From positions 44,493 to 108,492 of the IMG/VR virus record IMGVR_UViG_3300031908_000001: DNA of 64,000 nt; one strand, given 5' to 3'. The DNA comes from a virus (taxonomy: Duplodnaviria; Caudoviricetes). Positions within the stretch are counted from its first letter, which is position 1. Each line of letters starts with the position of its first letter. This document shows, piece after piece, positions 41,173 through 51,738 of this stretch. Made by a program: the position numbers and the translations under genes. The notes under the pieces were generated by a model. The model saw only the letters and a list, made by a program, of their open reading frames with translations. It was not told the origin of the DNA and did not search any database.

Positions 41173-42765
41173 TTAAATCTTATCTCTCCACTCAATTATT
41201 TCTTCTATTTCCTCCATAGTTGGATCAATATCTTGTGCATCCATTGCTAGACTTGCAATATCCTCATGCTCCTCATCATCAGAGGACTCTTTCTTATTCT
41301 TCTCATCTGTCCAGTCATTCACATATATTAGAGATTTTTTTGCCCTGGAATATGCTACAAATAATAAATTTCTCTCTTGAGTCATGCTCCATTCTTGAGT
41401 AGCATATTTGCTTGGAATTAGATCTCTTCTGATTAAGAAAATCCTATCTGCCTCAAGCCCCTTGGCCTTATGGATAGTTGACAACATAATACCCAGGCCA
41501 TCATCTTTAAATATTTTGTCCAGCTGCTCATATGCCTTGGCTGGAGAGCCGGTGTTATTTATAATTATCGTAAGAATTTCTACTTTTTCTTTAAATCCAC
41601 GATAATTTGGATGAAGCTTTGGCTTATCAATCCCCTTCTCTCTTAATTTTTCCTCCATGTATTTCAAATGCTCATCAAGCGCTTCAAACACTTCTATCCT
41701 ATCCTTTGTCTTTATACTTTCCAGCATTTTCAAAAGCCCAGATCCATAATCTTTACCCTTAATGTAGCTTTTAATGCCTTTAGATAATAGATCAAAGTAT
41801 AGCGAAAGCAGCGGCTTATTATTCCGACACAATACAAAATCTCCTGGCTTTATTTCCTTAATGCTTCCATATCTCTCCTCTCCTTCTGGGGAATTCTCCC
41901 ACGCTTGTATTTCCTCATTTATCTCCTGACATTTCTTTACAATGCTTTTTGCACACCGGTAAGAAATTGACAAAGGCAATTCTACTGTATTAGGCTGGGA
42001 TAAGAAGTTATTAAATGAATTAACATCTGCCCCCAAGAAAGAATAAATACTTTGATACGTATCACCAACCACAATAAATCTTCCCTTCTCCTTTACAAGC
42101 CCAAGAATTAATTTTTGCTGAAGTAAGGAATTATCCTGGCACTCATCCACCATTACTACGTCATATTCTCTCTTAATTAAATTGAGCTTATATGGTAGTT
42201 CCAGCATATCTGTAAAGTCTACAAGAAATACTGAGTGAGTGTATGGATTTGCATTATATTTGTCCAACTCTGCAAGCACTTCAAGAGCATGTGTTGCTTG
42301 CTTATCAAACGCCTCTATATCAAATCTATTTGCCACCTCTTTCACTGCATCCAAATCTCTGTCTGCCATCAAAAGCCGGCACATATTAACCAGATTATAA
42401 ATATTAAACTGATAATAGTTTCTTTTATCTGGCGCTATCTTCCATTTGTCAAGATTTTTTGAAATATGATTTAATGTCTTCCACTGATTTACCTTTATCC
42501 GGTGTCCATAGCTCTTGGTTAAGATCTTTAATCCAAGACTATGAAGTGTAGAACACTCTATGTTTATAGGCAATTTATTTTTCAGCTCATCAGATATACT
42601 CTTATTGAATGCCAAAAAAAGAGACCTCTTGTATTTTGGAATAATTTTAGAGCATTGAACAAGTACAGTTGATTTTGATGAGCCGGCGGTGGCCTTTATT
42701 ACAATATTTCTATTTGTAGTTTTTGTTTCATTAAAGACAGCTAATTGCAATTTACTCCACTCCAT
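41173..42765 (-). CDS. UvrD/Rep-like superfamily 1 helicase
   Basis: ATAGSSKST, LAFNK, TLHS, VDECQD, VGD..QSIY.F.GA, SYRC, STIHKAKGLE, FVAYSRAK. Confidence 0.93.
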   Translation of the reverse strand: MEWSKLQLAVFNETKTTNRNIVIKATAGSSKSTVLVQCSKIIPKYKRSLFLAFNKSISDELKNKLPINIECSTLHSLGLKILTKSYGHRIKVNQWKTLNHISKNLDKWKIAPDKRNYYQFNIYNLVNMCRLLMADRDLDAVKEVANRFDIEAFDKQATHALEVLAELDKYNANPYTHSVFLVDFTDMLELPYKLNLIKREYDVVMVDECQDNSLLQQKLILGLVKEKGRFIVVGDTYQSIYSFLGADVNSFNNFLSQPNTVELPLSISYRCAKSIVKKCQEINEEIQAWENSPEGEERYGSIKEIKPGDFVLCRNNKPLLSLYFDLLSKGIKSYIKGKDYGSGLLKMLESIKTKDRIEVFEALDEHLKYMEEKLREKGIDKPKLHPNYRGFKEKVEILTIIINNTGSPAKAYEQLDKIFKDDGLGIMLSTIHKAKGLEADRIFLIRRDLIPSKYATQEWSMTQERNLLFVAYSRAKKSLIYVNDWTDEKNKKESSDDEEHEDIASLAMDAQDIDPTMEEIEEIIEWRDKI

Positions 42766-42876
42766 CTATATGCTTGTTTAGTAATCTAATAATATCTTCA
42801 ACCATCAATGTTTTATCTCCCCTAAGAGATTTTAATTCCTCTCTAAATTTTTTTAGAGAGGAAGTTTTTCTGCGTT

Positions 42877-43155
42877 TCATAACCAATCAAGTGTTGTTGG
42901 CACATCGCCTTCTGGTATAACTGTTTCATCAATTGAAATTTCTGCCAACCTTCTTTTAGCATCTCTAATATAGAGAATTTTATCTGGATTGTCGTATATC
43001 CAGTCTACCAATGCTGTTGAGCATGATGATCCCGATACAATGCTCATTAGCCTATCTAAAACTCGCAGATTTGCTTCAATTGCCTCTTTCTCTGTCTCCC
43101 ATATGTCTCCCTCATCATCTCTGTACATTGGTTGTGATACTTTTTCTACGCGCAT
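42877..43155 (-). CDS. hypothetical protein
   Basis: 92 aa. Confidence 0.6.
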   Translation of the reverse strand: MRVEKVSQPMYRDDEGDIWETEKEAIEANLRVLDRLMSIVSGSSCSTALVDWIYDNPDKILYIRDAKRRLAEISIDETVIPEGDVPTTLDWL

Positions 43156-43165
43156 ATTAAGTAAT

Positions 43166-43681
43166 TTAAGATTGTAAATATATTCTTTCTGGTGTTATGT
43201 ATTTGTAATCCTTTCTTATGATCTTGCCCTCCTTATTAGTAACCATTTTAAACTGATGGAGGGGCTTAAGAAAATCTACTTTATTTTTCCATCTTTTATT
43301 CATTGTATCCTTTACAATGAATTTGCCTGAGAATCTCCACTTATTGCATACGATTGTTATTGTATCTCCGGCCTTATATGGAGCTCCTGGAGTAAATTCT
43401 TGCAATAGGTCCCTGGACAGAGCAACCCATCTTAATTCTCCGCTATTTAGCTTTGCAGGACTAATTATTGATTGATCAAAAGTTTCATATGGTCTTGAAT
43501 CTGTTTCATTGGCAGATGCCGTATAAACAGATCCTTGAGCCTCTTTTAAATTGAAACATTTTTCTTTTATTCTTACCGGCTCTGCATCCACCCTTCTTTC
43601 AATGCACTCATTGTCATTCGGTCTTGCTATTGATATTACTGAAATTAATAATACAATAATTGTTGTTACGATCTTTTTCAT
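43166..43681 (-). CDS. exported 3D-domain (double-psi beta-barrel, lytic transglycosylase-related) protein
   Basis: Signal peptide; YTA...ETD..PY.T, WVALSRDLL, VKDTMNKRW...VDFL. Confidence 0.7.
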   Translation of the reverse strand: MKKIVTTIIVLLISVISIARPNDNECIERRVDAEPVRIKEKCFNLKEAQGSVYTASANETDSRPYETFDQSIISPAKLNSGELRWVALSRDLLQEFTPGAPYKAGDTITIVCNKWRFSGKFIVKDTMNKRWKNKVDFLKPLHQFKMVTNKEGKIIRKDYKYITPERIYLQS

Positions 43682-43750
43682 TTTGATAAAATTTAAGTTT
43701 AAGTTGATTAACTCGCCTCTTTCCTACTTTTATCATAGCTGCTGTACTTT

Positions 43751-44608
43751 TTATTTTACAAACTTTTTAGTTATTAATTTTCCATTTACAATCTCTCTGC
43801 TTATTACTATTTGTCCAGGCAATTGATCCTGGGCCGATTCATCACCATTAATATCATAAAATCTAATAGATGAATTAATAGCTCCCGAACTTACTATTAT
43901 GTTTGAATACCATGTAGCACCATTAAAGTCTACTTGCTTTAGTCTAAAATATTTAATTAAGTTACTTAACGACACATCGTGATCATACTTGTATTCAGAA
44001 TTTGTATTTGTTCCATATACTCTGAATATTTCTCTAAATAGTAATCCATCTAAACTTTCCTCCAAAACTATATAATCATTATTGAATTCATTATAAGTTA
44101 TCCACTCAATAATATTTCCTTTGATCTGGAATGATTTTAAGACCACTGGAAGAACTTTATTTATGTAGGCATACAAATTATAGTCACAATTAATTAAATC
44201 GCTCTCACTCCCGTATGTGCCTATAATGGCATTGTTTTTATATGTCGGAGAATAAATAAATCCTCTGCATGGACCCGAAGAAAATGACACGTTATTTTTA
44301 ACTTTCAAATTTCCAGTTATAACTGCCTTTCCTTTGTTAACAATATGCACATCATTTTTGCCCTCAATGCTTCCGTTTATAATTAAAATTCCCTTAATGC
44401 CTATGGTTATGTTGGCAGTATTTTTAAATTCAACATCCCCTCTAATAACAAGGGTGTCATTAATTACAATATTCACATTTTTTGTAAAAGCAAGATTTCC
44501 TTCCTGCAGCGTGAATGAATTTATGGTTATATTTGATTGGTTCCAGTCTACAGCTTTTGCAGATATGCTTACAAATACGGCCAATAACAAAATTAATATA
44601 TTCTTCAT
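43751..44608 (-). CDS. secreted beta-rich protein resembling Bacteroidota T9SS cargo
   Basis: Signal peptide; beta-helix-like repeats; LPVVLKSF..W.T..E.NND......S.DG..F...YFRLKQVDFNG...YS domain; C-terminal TKKFVK. Confidence 0.7.
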   Translation of the reverse strand: MKNILILLLAVFVSISAKAVDWNQSNITINSFTLQEGNLAFTKNVNIVINDTLVIRGDVEFKNTANITIGIKGILIINGSIEGKNDVHIVNKGKAVITGNLKVKNNVSFSSGPCRGFIYSPTYKNNAIIGTYGSESDLINCDYNLYAYINKVLPVVLKSFQIKGNIIEWITYNEFNNDYIVLEESLDGLLFREIFRVYGTNTNSEYKYDHDVSLSNLIKYFRLKQVDFNGATWYSNIIVSSGAINSSIRFYDINGDESAQDQLPGQIVISREIVNGKLITKKFVK

Positions 44609-44661
44609 ATTTTTATTTACTTAATAAAGTTAAGAATTAATTTTTATAATAAAAGTTTTTA

Positions 44662-45253
44662 TTATACTTTTTCCTTACACCATTTTTTGAATGCTTGGAC
44701 TATTGGATTATTATCATCGGCCTTCACGCCTTCAATAAATATATCTCCGGTGCTGGAGAGTTCCAGGAGTGGATTGCCGTCCGCACCCTTGAACATATAA
44801 GAATATGACTCAAGATATTGCTTTACTCCTATTGTTGGTTTATTTGCCATTATCGATTTGAAAATTTAAATACAAATGTCCAGAATAATACATTTCCAAT
44901 TTGCAACAAACAAAATGGTACTGCATCTTCTATGGTAGCGCCTGGGAAATAATTTCCTATCATGGATGCTGCGATTAGGTCCAGCATCAAACACGATATA
45001 AATGTAAAAATAGCTCTTAGCATAATTTTAGGTTTTAAGTTAATTAAAATATTTCTTCTAATGTTGCCTTGAACTTTAGTTCCCTGGCAAATTTTGCTGC
45101 CATTCTTGAGTGATGGTTTATTTCTTCCTGGTAAGATTTTTTGATTTCTCTTGCCATTCCCCCGACTATAATTTGAATTTGATCTTTAGATAAATTCTTA
45201 ATCTTTGATAGCCTTTCTACACATTCATTAATTAATTGTTCTTCGCTTTTCAT
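44662..45253 (-). other. small hypothetical ORFs (44662-44850, 45044-45253)
   Basis: Short co-oriented ORFs. Confidence 0.5.
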
Positions 45254-45334
45254 ATATTTAGGTTTTATTAAAATTAAGTTATTTAATATGATAATCCTAA
45301 TGTTTGTTAAGTTATTTAATAAAAACTTTTATAA

Positions 45335-46942
45335 TCAACTTAACATTTTAATTATTAATTCATTTAAAATAGATTGATCCTCAATGAATTCCTTTCCAGA
45401 ATTTACCGCATCTGTCACATTTGTTTTTAAAGCTAATAATATAAACATATCCTCATCTATAGTATTGCTAGCAAGCATAAATGTTGCAGTTACACTATTT
45501 TTCTGACCCATTCTATGACATCTTGCTATACATTGAGCCAATGTTGCTGGTGACCAGTCTTGCTCTATAAATAATTCATTTGATGCTGCGGTTAGAGTTA
45601 TTCCAGCGTTGCCGGCCTGAATGCCTATGATAATCATCTTGACCCTTGGATCTTCTTGAAATTTGGCAACTACTTGTGCCCTTATTTTTGCATCCACAGT
45701 TCCATCTATCTTATCGCACTTAAAATGTGCAGATAATTCTGAGATAACCTGTTTTGAGCTGGCAAATACTACCAGCTTCTCTCCAGACTCAAGAAAATTT
45801 TCAATCCATTCCTTTGCTGCATTTATTTTACCTATTGCAGCAATTCTCCTTAAATTCGATATTCTGACTAGGTTTTCTGCCATTTGAGCACTATTTGCGG
45901 CTCTGGCTCCGGCATTCTGTCTTAAATATTTTATCAGATCTTTCTTTGCTGCATTATATTCGGATCTGTTTGTTATATCTACCTCTATATTGCAGATTTG
46001 CTTATCTGGAAGCTCTTTTAACACATCCTCTTTTAATCGACGAATAAAGCAGGTTTCTTTTAATCTATTGTGCAACTCCTGGACATTTGAAGCTCCCTTA
46101 ATATCTAGGCCAAAACCTTTGTCTACAGCTCCACAATATCTTCTTACAAAGTAATAAAATCCTCCCATGTCATTTAACCTGTCCATTATATCAAGCTGAG
46201 ATATTAATTCTGATGGCCTATTTACTATCGGTGTACCGGATAGTAAGAATCTATATTCCATCTTACGCTTTTTTATAATCTCCTTTATTGTCTTTACTCG
46301 CTGTGTCTTGCTTCCCTTTAACATATGGCTCTCATCACATACAAGCACTTGCCAGTTTCGCTTTATTAAATCTGTCTTTAGTTTCTTAACCTGATCATAA
46401 TTTATAATAACTATGTCTGCCTCACTTCCGCCCTCCGGCATTACTGATATAGTTGGCCCCTCTATGGTTGCCATTATTTCATTCTTCCAATTATACTTTA
46501 CTGATGCTGGACAAAGGATGAGTACAGGAAATTTTTGAAGGTGATGTATCGTTGCTATTGTTTGAATAGTTTTTCCTAACCCCATATCATCGCTATTGAA
46601 GCAACGCTTAGTATTTATCATGTAAGCACACCCCTCTTTCTGAAAGTCTCTTAAAGTTCGTTTTAGGCCGGTAATTTCAATGGCCGATTCTTGTTCATCT
46701 ATTTCCTCCTCACTAAATAGCAATTCCCGAAACTCTTCGGGCATCTCTGTAATTATATTGCGGTACTTATTGATAAAGAAAATAAACCTATCTGCCACCC
46801 TATCGTGCAATTCAATATACCAGGAAGATGATGGAGAATCATATTTTCTATGTCTCCAATCAATCTTCTTGATATCAGCTACAATTTGCTTATCAAAACG
46901 AAATTTTATTACAGCGTTATTGTCCTGTAGACTTATTTCCAT
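45335..46942 (-). CDS. SNF2-family (HARP/SMARCAL1-like) helicase
   Basis: DDMGLGKT, CDESH, LSGTP..NRP.EL, RRLK.DVL.ELP, GITLT.A, QCIARCHRMGQ; HARP-like N-terminus. Confidence 0.93.
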   Translation of the reverse strand: MEISLQDNNAVIKFRFDKQIVADIKKIDWRHRKYDSPSSSWYIELHDRVADRFIFFINKYRNIITEMPEEFRELLFSEEEIDEQESAIEITGLKRTLRDFQKEGCAYMINTKRCFNSDDMGLGKTIQTIATIHHLQKFPVLILCPASVKYNWKNEIMATIEGPTISVMPEGGSEADIVIINYDQVKKLKTDLIKRNWQVLVCDESHMLKGSKTQRVKTIKEIIKKRKMEYRFLLSGTPIVNRPSELISQLDIMDRLNDMGGFYYFVRRYCGAVDKGFGLDIKGASNVQELHNRLKETCFIRRLKEDVLKELPDKQICNIEVDITNRSEYNAAKKDLIKYLRQNAGARAANSAQMAENLVRISNLRRIAAIGKINAAKEWIENFLESGEKLVVFASSKQVISELSAHFKCDKIDGTVDAKIRAQVVAKFQEDPRVKMIIIGIQAGNAGITLTAASNELFIEQDWSPATLAQCIARCHRMGQKNSVTATFMLASNTIDEDMFILLALKTNVTDAVNSGKEFIEDQSILNELIIKMLS

Positions 46943-47592
46943 TGTTTTTTCTTCTGTAATAACATTCCAAACTTTGTTTACTGCATCTTTTACTATTTTC
47001 CGTATAATATGCCCTTTTATAAAGTTTTCGCTTCATTTTCATCAAATCATCATTGTTGATTAAATCTGATAATTCTTCCTGGAAGACCTTGTTGTCAAAC
47101 TCTTTCTTAGTATTTAATTGCTCAAGCCTTTTTTTTGCATAAACGGCTCTACGTGCCATATACTTTTTCTTTTCCTTAGCCTTTTCTTTCTTCAGCTTGG
47201 CATCAGCAATAACTTTTTCAAGCCTCTCCTCAAGCTTGGCTTCCATATCTTTAGGCTTGGCCATCTTTTACAGGTATAATATCATTAAAACCTTCTTTCT
47301 TAAGCTTTTTTATTGCATTTACAACATTTAAAGACTGGAAGTATTTGCAATTATCATTCACAATTACTGTTGAACGAAATACTATTTCCTCAGCATTCTT
47401 TGAAAGATAATCTAATTCCACTCTTTGTTTCTGAAACCTTGCTTTAGTCAGAGTTCTTGTAACTGTATTGAACTCATACAAAGTATGCCCCTTAATTTTT
47501 CTTTGGCGGCCAAGCAATTTGATCTCTTTTTTCTTTTCCTGGTCTGCTACTAATACGACCTCATCTTTAACTTGTTTTTCTAACTCTTTCAT
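46917..47592 (-). other. two hypothetical ORFs (46917-47264, 47251-47592)
   Basis: Coupled ORFs. Confidence 0.6.
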
Positions 47593-48215
47593 ATTTCTAT
47601 AATTATCGGTTTATTTATCGGACTATATCTTTGTGTGCAAATGGATGCATTAACAAATGTTATATCATTAATTTTTTCTACCCCATACCCCTCATGAATG
47701 TGACCAAATATATGAAGCTTAAGATTTTTTAATTTATTTATTCGGTTCATTAAATCCTTACATCCGGCCCACTCATAACTTGAAGTCATATCCAGTATGC
47801 CGGCCGGTGGGCCGTGGGTAATTAAAATATCCACATCATCTGGAATAAGGGCCCAATGCTTTGCAATCTCCTCTCCTCTATCTACATTAAAGGCCCAATT
47901 AAAAAATCTTGGTGTATAGGGACTTCCATATATTTTTAATCCATCAATAACTACACAGGAATTTTGCAAATAAATTGCATTTTTAATTAACTCTTTTGCA
48001 TTTTCCAATTCCTCAAATGCAAAATCATGATTCCCTGCTATTATAATTATTTCTTTATAATGTGGCTTAACTAAGCCAAGCCATTCATCAAAATATTTAA
48101 TCTGATGAACTAAACCAACCTTGCTCATATCTCCTGCAAAAATTAATATATCTCCTTCAGGAAGGAGAACTTTATTGTGAAATCCATGTGTATCACTTAT
48201 ACAGACTATTTTCAT
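47589..48215 (-). CDS. metallophosphoesterase (calcineurin-like, MPPED/239FB-like)
   Basis: SDTH, AGD, GNHD, THGPP, FGHIHE. Confidence 0.92.
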   Translation of the reverse strand: MKIVCISDTHGFHNKVLLPEGDILIFAGDMSKVGLVHQIKYFDEWLGLVKPHYKEIIIIAGNHDFAFEELENAKELIKNAIYLQNSCVVIDGLKIYGSPYTPRFFNWAFNVDRGEEIAKHWALIPDDVDILITHGPPAGILDMTSSYEWAGCKDLMNRINKLKNLKLHIFGHIHEGYGVEKINDITFVNASICTQRYSPINKPIIIEI

Positions 48216-48466
48216 ATTTCTATTTTGTCTAATTCGTTATCGTAAAATGTGTACACTCCCATATTTATTATCAAATCATTTGCAACCTCAACATGAATCT
48301 TGCCTTTATATTCAGAGATCTTTTGTATTTTAAATACTTGAGCTCCAAGACTATCATATAAATAAGTCATATCCGATCCCAACATAAATGGACTATTCAT
48401 TGTTACCTCATCTCCAATGGAGAGATTAAAATTGCCAGTCATTTTCTTAAGTTGTTTTGTTATCAT
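48212..48466 (-). CDS. SH3-like hypothetical protein
   Basis: LSIGDEVTM...ELDKI. Confidence 0.55.
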   Translation of the reverse strand: MITKQLKKMTGNFNLSIGDEVTMNSPFMLGSDMTYLYDSLGAQVFKIQKISEYKGKIHVEVANDLIINMGVYTFYDNELDKIEI

Positions 48467-48651
48467 TCAAAATTAACATTTTTATTTGAATTATAAAAAC
48501 TTTTATTATACTTTATTTTTCTCTTCTCCATTTCTCCAGTATATCTTTTTTCAAAATGTTGTGCCCGTAAGGGCTTTTATATTGTATCAATTTGTAAAAT
48601 GGTTTTTCATTTTAAACTAAATTTCATCCAATAGGATAGAAAGTTTAGTGT

Positions 48652-49431
48652 CTATTGATACATATTCGGGAAGAAAAAAGAATTGCACTGGTATTCCATT
48701 ACCCGACCTTTAAACCAAAACTGTTTCCCATTGCCAGAAAAGTTTCTTTTCTTAACTCCTGTAGCAACAGTAACAGATTTATTTCTGATCACATTTAATA
48801 AACCAACGCTCTCCATTTTTATTATTCTTCTTCTTGCCGCCTGACGTGTTTTAAACCCCCATAGTTCAGCCAAATATTGATGAGATAGTTGTGTTTCAAA
48901 TAGAGATTGGACAATATAGGATGGCCCCTTTCTGCGTCTTTCTATTTTATTGGCCTTATGATTCATACGACCGGAAACTATTTCTGCATCAATTCTGGAA
49001 ATAACCAGTGGAAGATTTTTACAGATCTCCTGGCTTGCTTTTATTTTTACTACTTTAACAAATTTTTTATCTCTTGTAACGCCCTTGGTTCTGACACGTT
49101 TTTTGGTCTGGTATCCAAATCTTTTTAAGATCTTGTCATAACTAACCAGGGCGTGGCCATAGTTTTTTAACTCTATTATGAAACCATACTTGATAAGGTC
49201 TTTAGCGTACCTGGAATTGATTGCGTTTGATTTGCCATTTATAGAGCATGCTTGCATCAATTCCCCCCTTCTTATCAGCCCCTCAGTATTCCAACTTTTT
49301 AGTGTTAAATATAAAGCATATTGATTATTGAATTTCTTGTAGACCGGATCTCCGAATTTATTTTCTCTCATCTCAAATGATGAATTGAGAATTTCTATAA
49401 GTCCCTCGAAGTGTTTTATATGTTTGGTCAA
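48652..49431 (-). CDS. basic HTH/winged-helix DNA-binding protein (possible replication initiator or regulator)
   Basis: LSHQYLAELWGFKTRQAARRRIIKMESVGLL HTH; TTG start directly after a terminator-like hairpin. Confidence 0.55.
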   Translation of the reverse strand: MTKHIKHFEGLIEILNSSFEMRENKFGDPVYKKFNNQYALYLTLKSWNTEGLIRRGELMQACSINGKSNAINSRYAKDLIKYGFIIELKNYGHALVSYDKILKRFGYQTKKRVRTKGVTRDKKFVKVVKIKASQEICKNLPLVISRIDAEIVSGRMNHKANKIERRRKGPSYIVQSLFETQLSHQYLAELWGFKTRQAARRRIIKMESVGLLNVIRNKSVTVATGVKKRNFSGNGKQFWFKGRVMEYQCNSFFFPNMYQ

Positions 49432-49441
49432 GTTGAAAAAT

Positions 49442-49525
49442 AAAAAAAGCCGCTATCTGTGGAAGAGTCAAGCGGCTAATTTAAAACAAAACAAACACAA
49501 AGATTGATTATCATTAACTTCCACA
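49442..49525 (-). promoter_or_regulatory. attenuator-like leader: terminator hairpin whose loop is complementary to upstream sequence
   Basis: AGCCGCT/AGCGGCT stem + T7; loop CTTCCACA complementary to TGTGGAAG at 49518-49525. Confidence 0.6.
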
Positions 49526-49593
49526 ATAAAAATAACCAATAATTAAAATTAAGCAATTTTAATTTATAAACAAAAATTAAGTCACTAAATTTT

Positions 49594-50106
49594 TTAACTT
49601 TTTTTATTTAATTCACTAAATAAGTTGCGATCATCCTCAGTTATTACATCATGATTAGCGCCCTGATTCGCTAATCTATCGCATCTCTCATTCTCTTCCA
49701 ATCCTGCGTGTCCTTTCACCCATTTAAACTTCAGATATCCTTTTGGAAATTGTTTGTATAATTCATACATCTTTCTCCATAGGTCTGAATTTTTACAATG
49801 CTGGAAATTGTCTTGCTGCCAGGAAAATAACCAACCCTTGTTTATCGCATTAACAACATATTCTGAGTCTGAGTGGAGAAGTGCCCTGTATGTTGGCTTA
49901 ATCATTTCTATTGCCTTGATAGCCCCTAGAATTTCCATTCTGGCTGATGTGGTATTATCAAACCTGCCGCCAAAGTATTCTCTTACTTCTCCTTTCCACT
50001 TAAGTACTATTCCATATCCTCCTTTCTGATGAGTCTTATTATTACACGACCCATCAGAGTATAACATTACTATGTCTTGATCCATTCCCTTTGTTTGTTG
50101 CTCCAT
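49594..50106 (-). CDS. rnhA: ribonuclease HI
   Basis: YSDGSC, TSARMEI, SDSEY, N.DLW, WVKGHAG..ENERCDRLA. Confidence 0.95.
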   Translation of the reverse strand: MEQQTKGMDQDIVMLYSDGSCNNKTHQKGGYGIVLKWKGEVREYFGGRFDNTTSARMEILGAIKAIEMIKPTYRALLHSDSEYVVNAINKGWLFSWQQDNFQHCKNSDLWRKMYELYKQFPKGYLKFKWVKGHAGLEENERCDRLANQGANHDVITEDDRNLFSELNKKS

Positions 50107-51364
50107 GTTTTACAATACAATTCAATCATTGTCAACTGTAACCAGAATTGCTCAAATGATTTAGATATGAACAAAGCATGCTCTATAGTATAAGTTTCAT
50201 CATTATGATATTTTATATCAATCATGATTCTATCTTTTAATGATTTGCTATATGGGCCTACTTTTTTAATGTACATTTCTTGCAACTGATCTTGTCTAGG
50301 GAGCCATACCGTTACTCCTCCTTTTTCAAAGGTATCTTCCTCAGAAAAAAATGATTGCTCATCTCTTTTAATATCTAATTCTTGAATCTCTGTAGCCTTG
50401 CTACACATTTCTATATATTTTGCCGAAGTGTCCATTTTGTTTTAGTTATAATAATTAGAATTTAAAATTTTCTTCATCCTCATCTTCCTCCTCTGCATTT
50501 AGAGCATCGGTTATTTGCTCATTGATGCTGCATAATCTTACTATCTCCTCCCAATCTTTCTTGTCCACTATGACATGATCATCTGGTACATTTAGACGGC
50601 TCTCCATTCCAGGATGCCTGTTAAGGAAATTTACGCCTATAATTTTTTTACTTTGCTTGCTCATTTATAATTTTTTGTAATTCGCCTATATGATCTAAAA
50701 GATTCTCAATTATTCGATATTGATCTGCTCCCCTTAAAAGGGTTTCATAAGTAGTCTTATAAAGGGGATTATAATAAAGCTCTTTATGAAACTTTTTTGA
50801 AAATTTTTCCAGCAATAATTGCTTTTTTATCTGAAATAATCTCTCTTCAGACATTTTTGACTCTTGATATTTTTCTGAAGCTTCTCCCATTACCATCTTG
50901 ATTTTAACAGTTTAGTTGCAAATGGTCTTATATCCTTTCTGAAGATTACGATGTTGGCCTTTTGATAAATATCTCTTCCTCGCGTTGTCAAATCTTTTGC
51001 TGTAATATCTTCAATGTTTTTCTTTCTTGCGGAAAGATTTAAAAACATCTCATTGATATATACCACCTCAGTATTGGCTACCATTAATCCATCTTCTTTC
51101 TGAATAATAAAAGACCCTGCCCCCATATACTCTTTTAATACTTCACTTGTTTCCATTGTTTTCTTTATTTTTAGTTTGATGTTCTGCATATTTTATCATT
51201 GTATTTTTTAATAACTCTGTACTATGCATTAGTGCTTCGGTTGCAGCTATTTCCGCATCTTTCTTTTTGCTTTCCCATCTATTCATTATTATAAACATTA
51301 TGAGAGCTCCAAATGCAGCTCCTACTATAAATACCGATATTATTGCAATTATTAAGCTTTCCAT
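50070..51364 (-). other. five small hypothetical ORFs
   Basis: 50070-50435, 50455-50664, 50648-50896, 50890-51189, 51143-51364 (TM); overlapping or coupled. Confidence 0.6.
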
Positions 51365-51427
51365 TTTTGTTAGTGTTTGGTTTTATAAATTTAAAAATAA
51401 AAATTGAATTATAAAAACTTTTATAAT

Positions 51428-51617
51428 AAAAAAAAGACCTGAGATTTTTCCCAGGCCCTTTTACTCTATAATCTAAATTCATTTTTAATCAAATTGCTTC
51501 TTTAAACAAAGTAGCTTTCAGCATCTAATGCCTATTGACTACAGTTTGATATTATTTTTTCATAGTGTTTGTGTTTAATTTGAAAGATTGTGACCCGTTT
51601 TACTTATGTATATTAAT
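51428..51617 (-). ncRNA. candidate small RNA between a promoter and a terminator
   Basis: Promoter TATATTTG at 51624-51631 / TTTG at ~51650; structured core 51488-51550; terminator GGCCTGGGA..TCTCAGGTC + T8; only a 3-codon ORF inside. Confidence 0.5.
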
Positions 51618-51738
51618 CAGACTCAAATATAATAAAAGTTTTTATCATTCAAAACAATTTGCAGCTATTTTTAAAAAATAAAACCCCGACTAATGCCAGG
51701 GTCCTATAAATTAAAATATATCGAAGTATTTACGTTAT

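Noticed and set aside
51279-51482. 67-aa ORF in the track
   Set aside because: It runs through a terminator and the next promoter and overlaps 51143..51364 out of frame; probably spurious.
51488-51550. Hammerhead ribozyme
   Set aside because: A hairpin followed by GAAA is present, but the CUGANGA core is absent.
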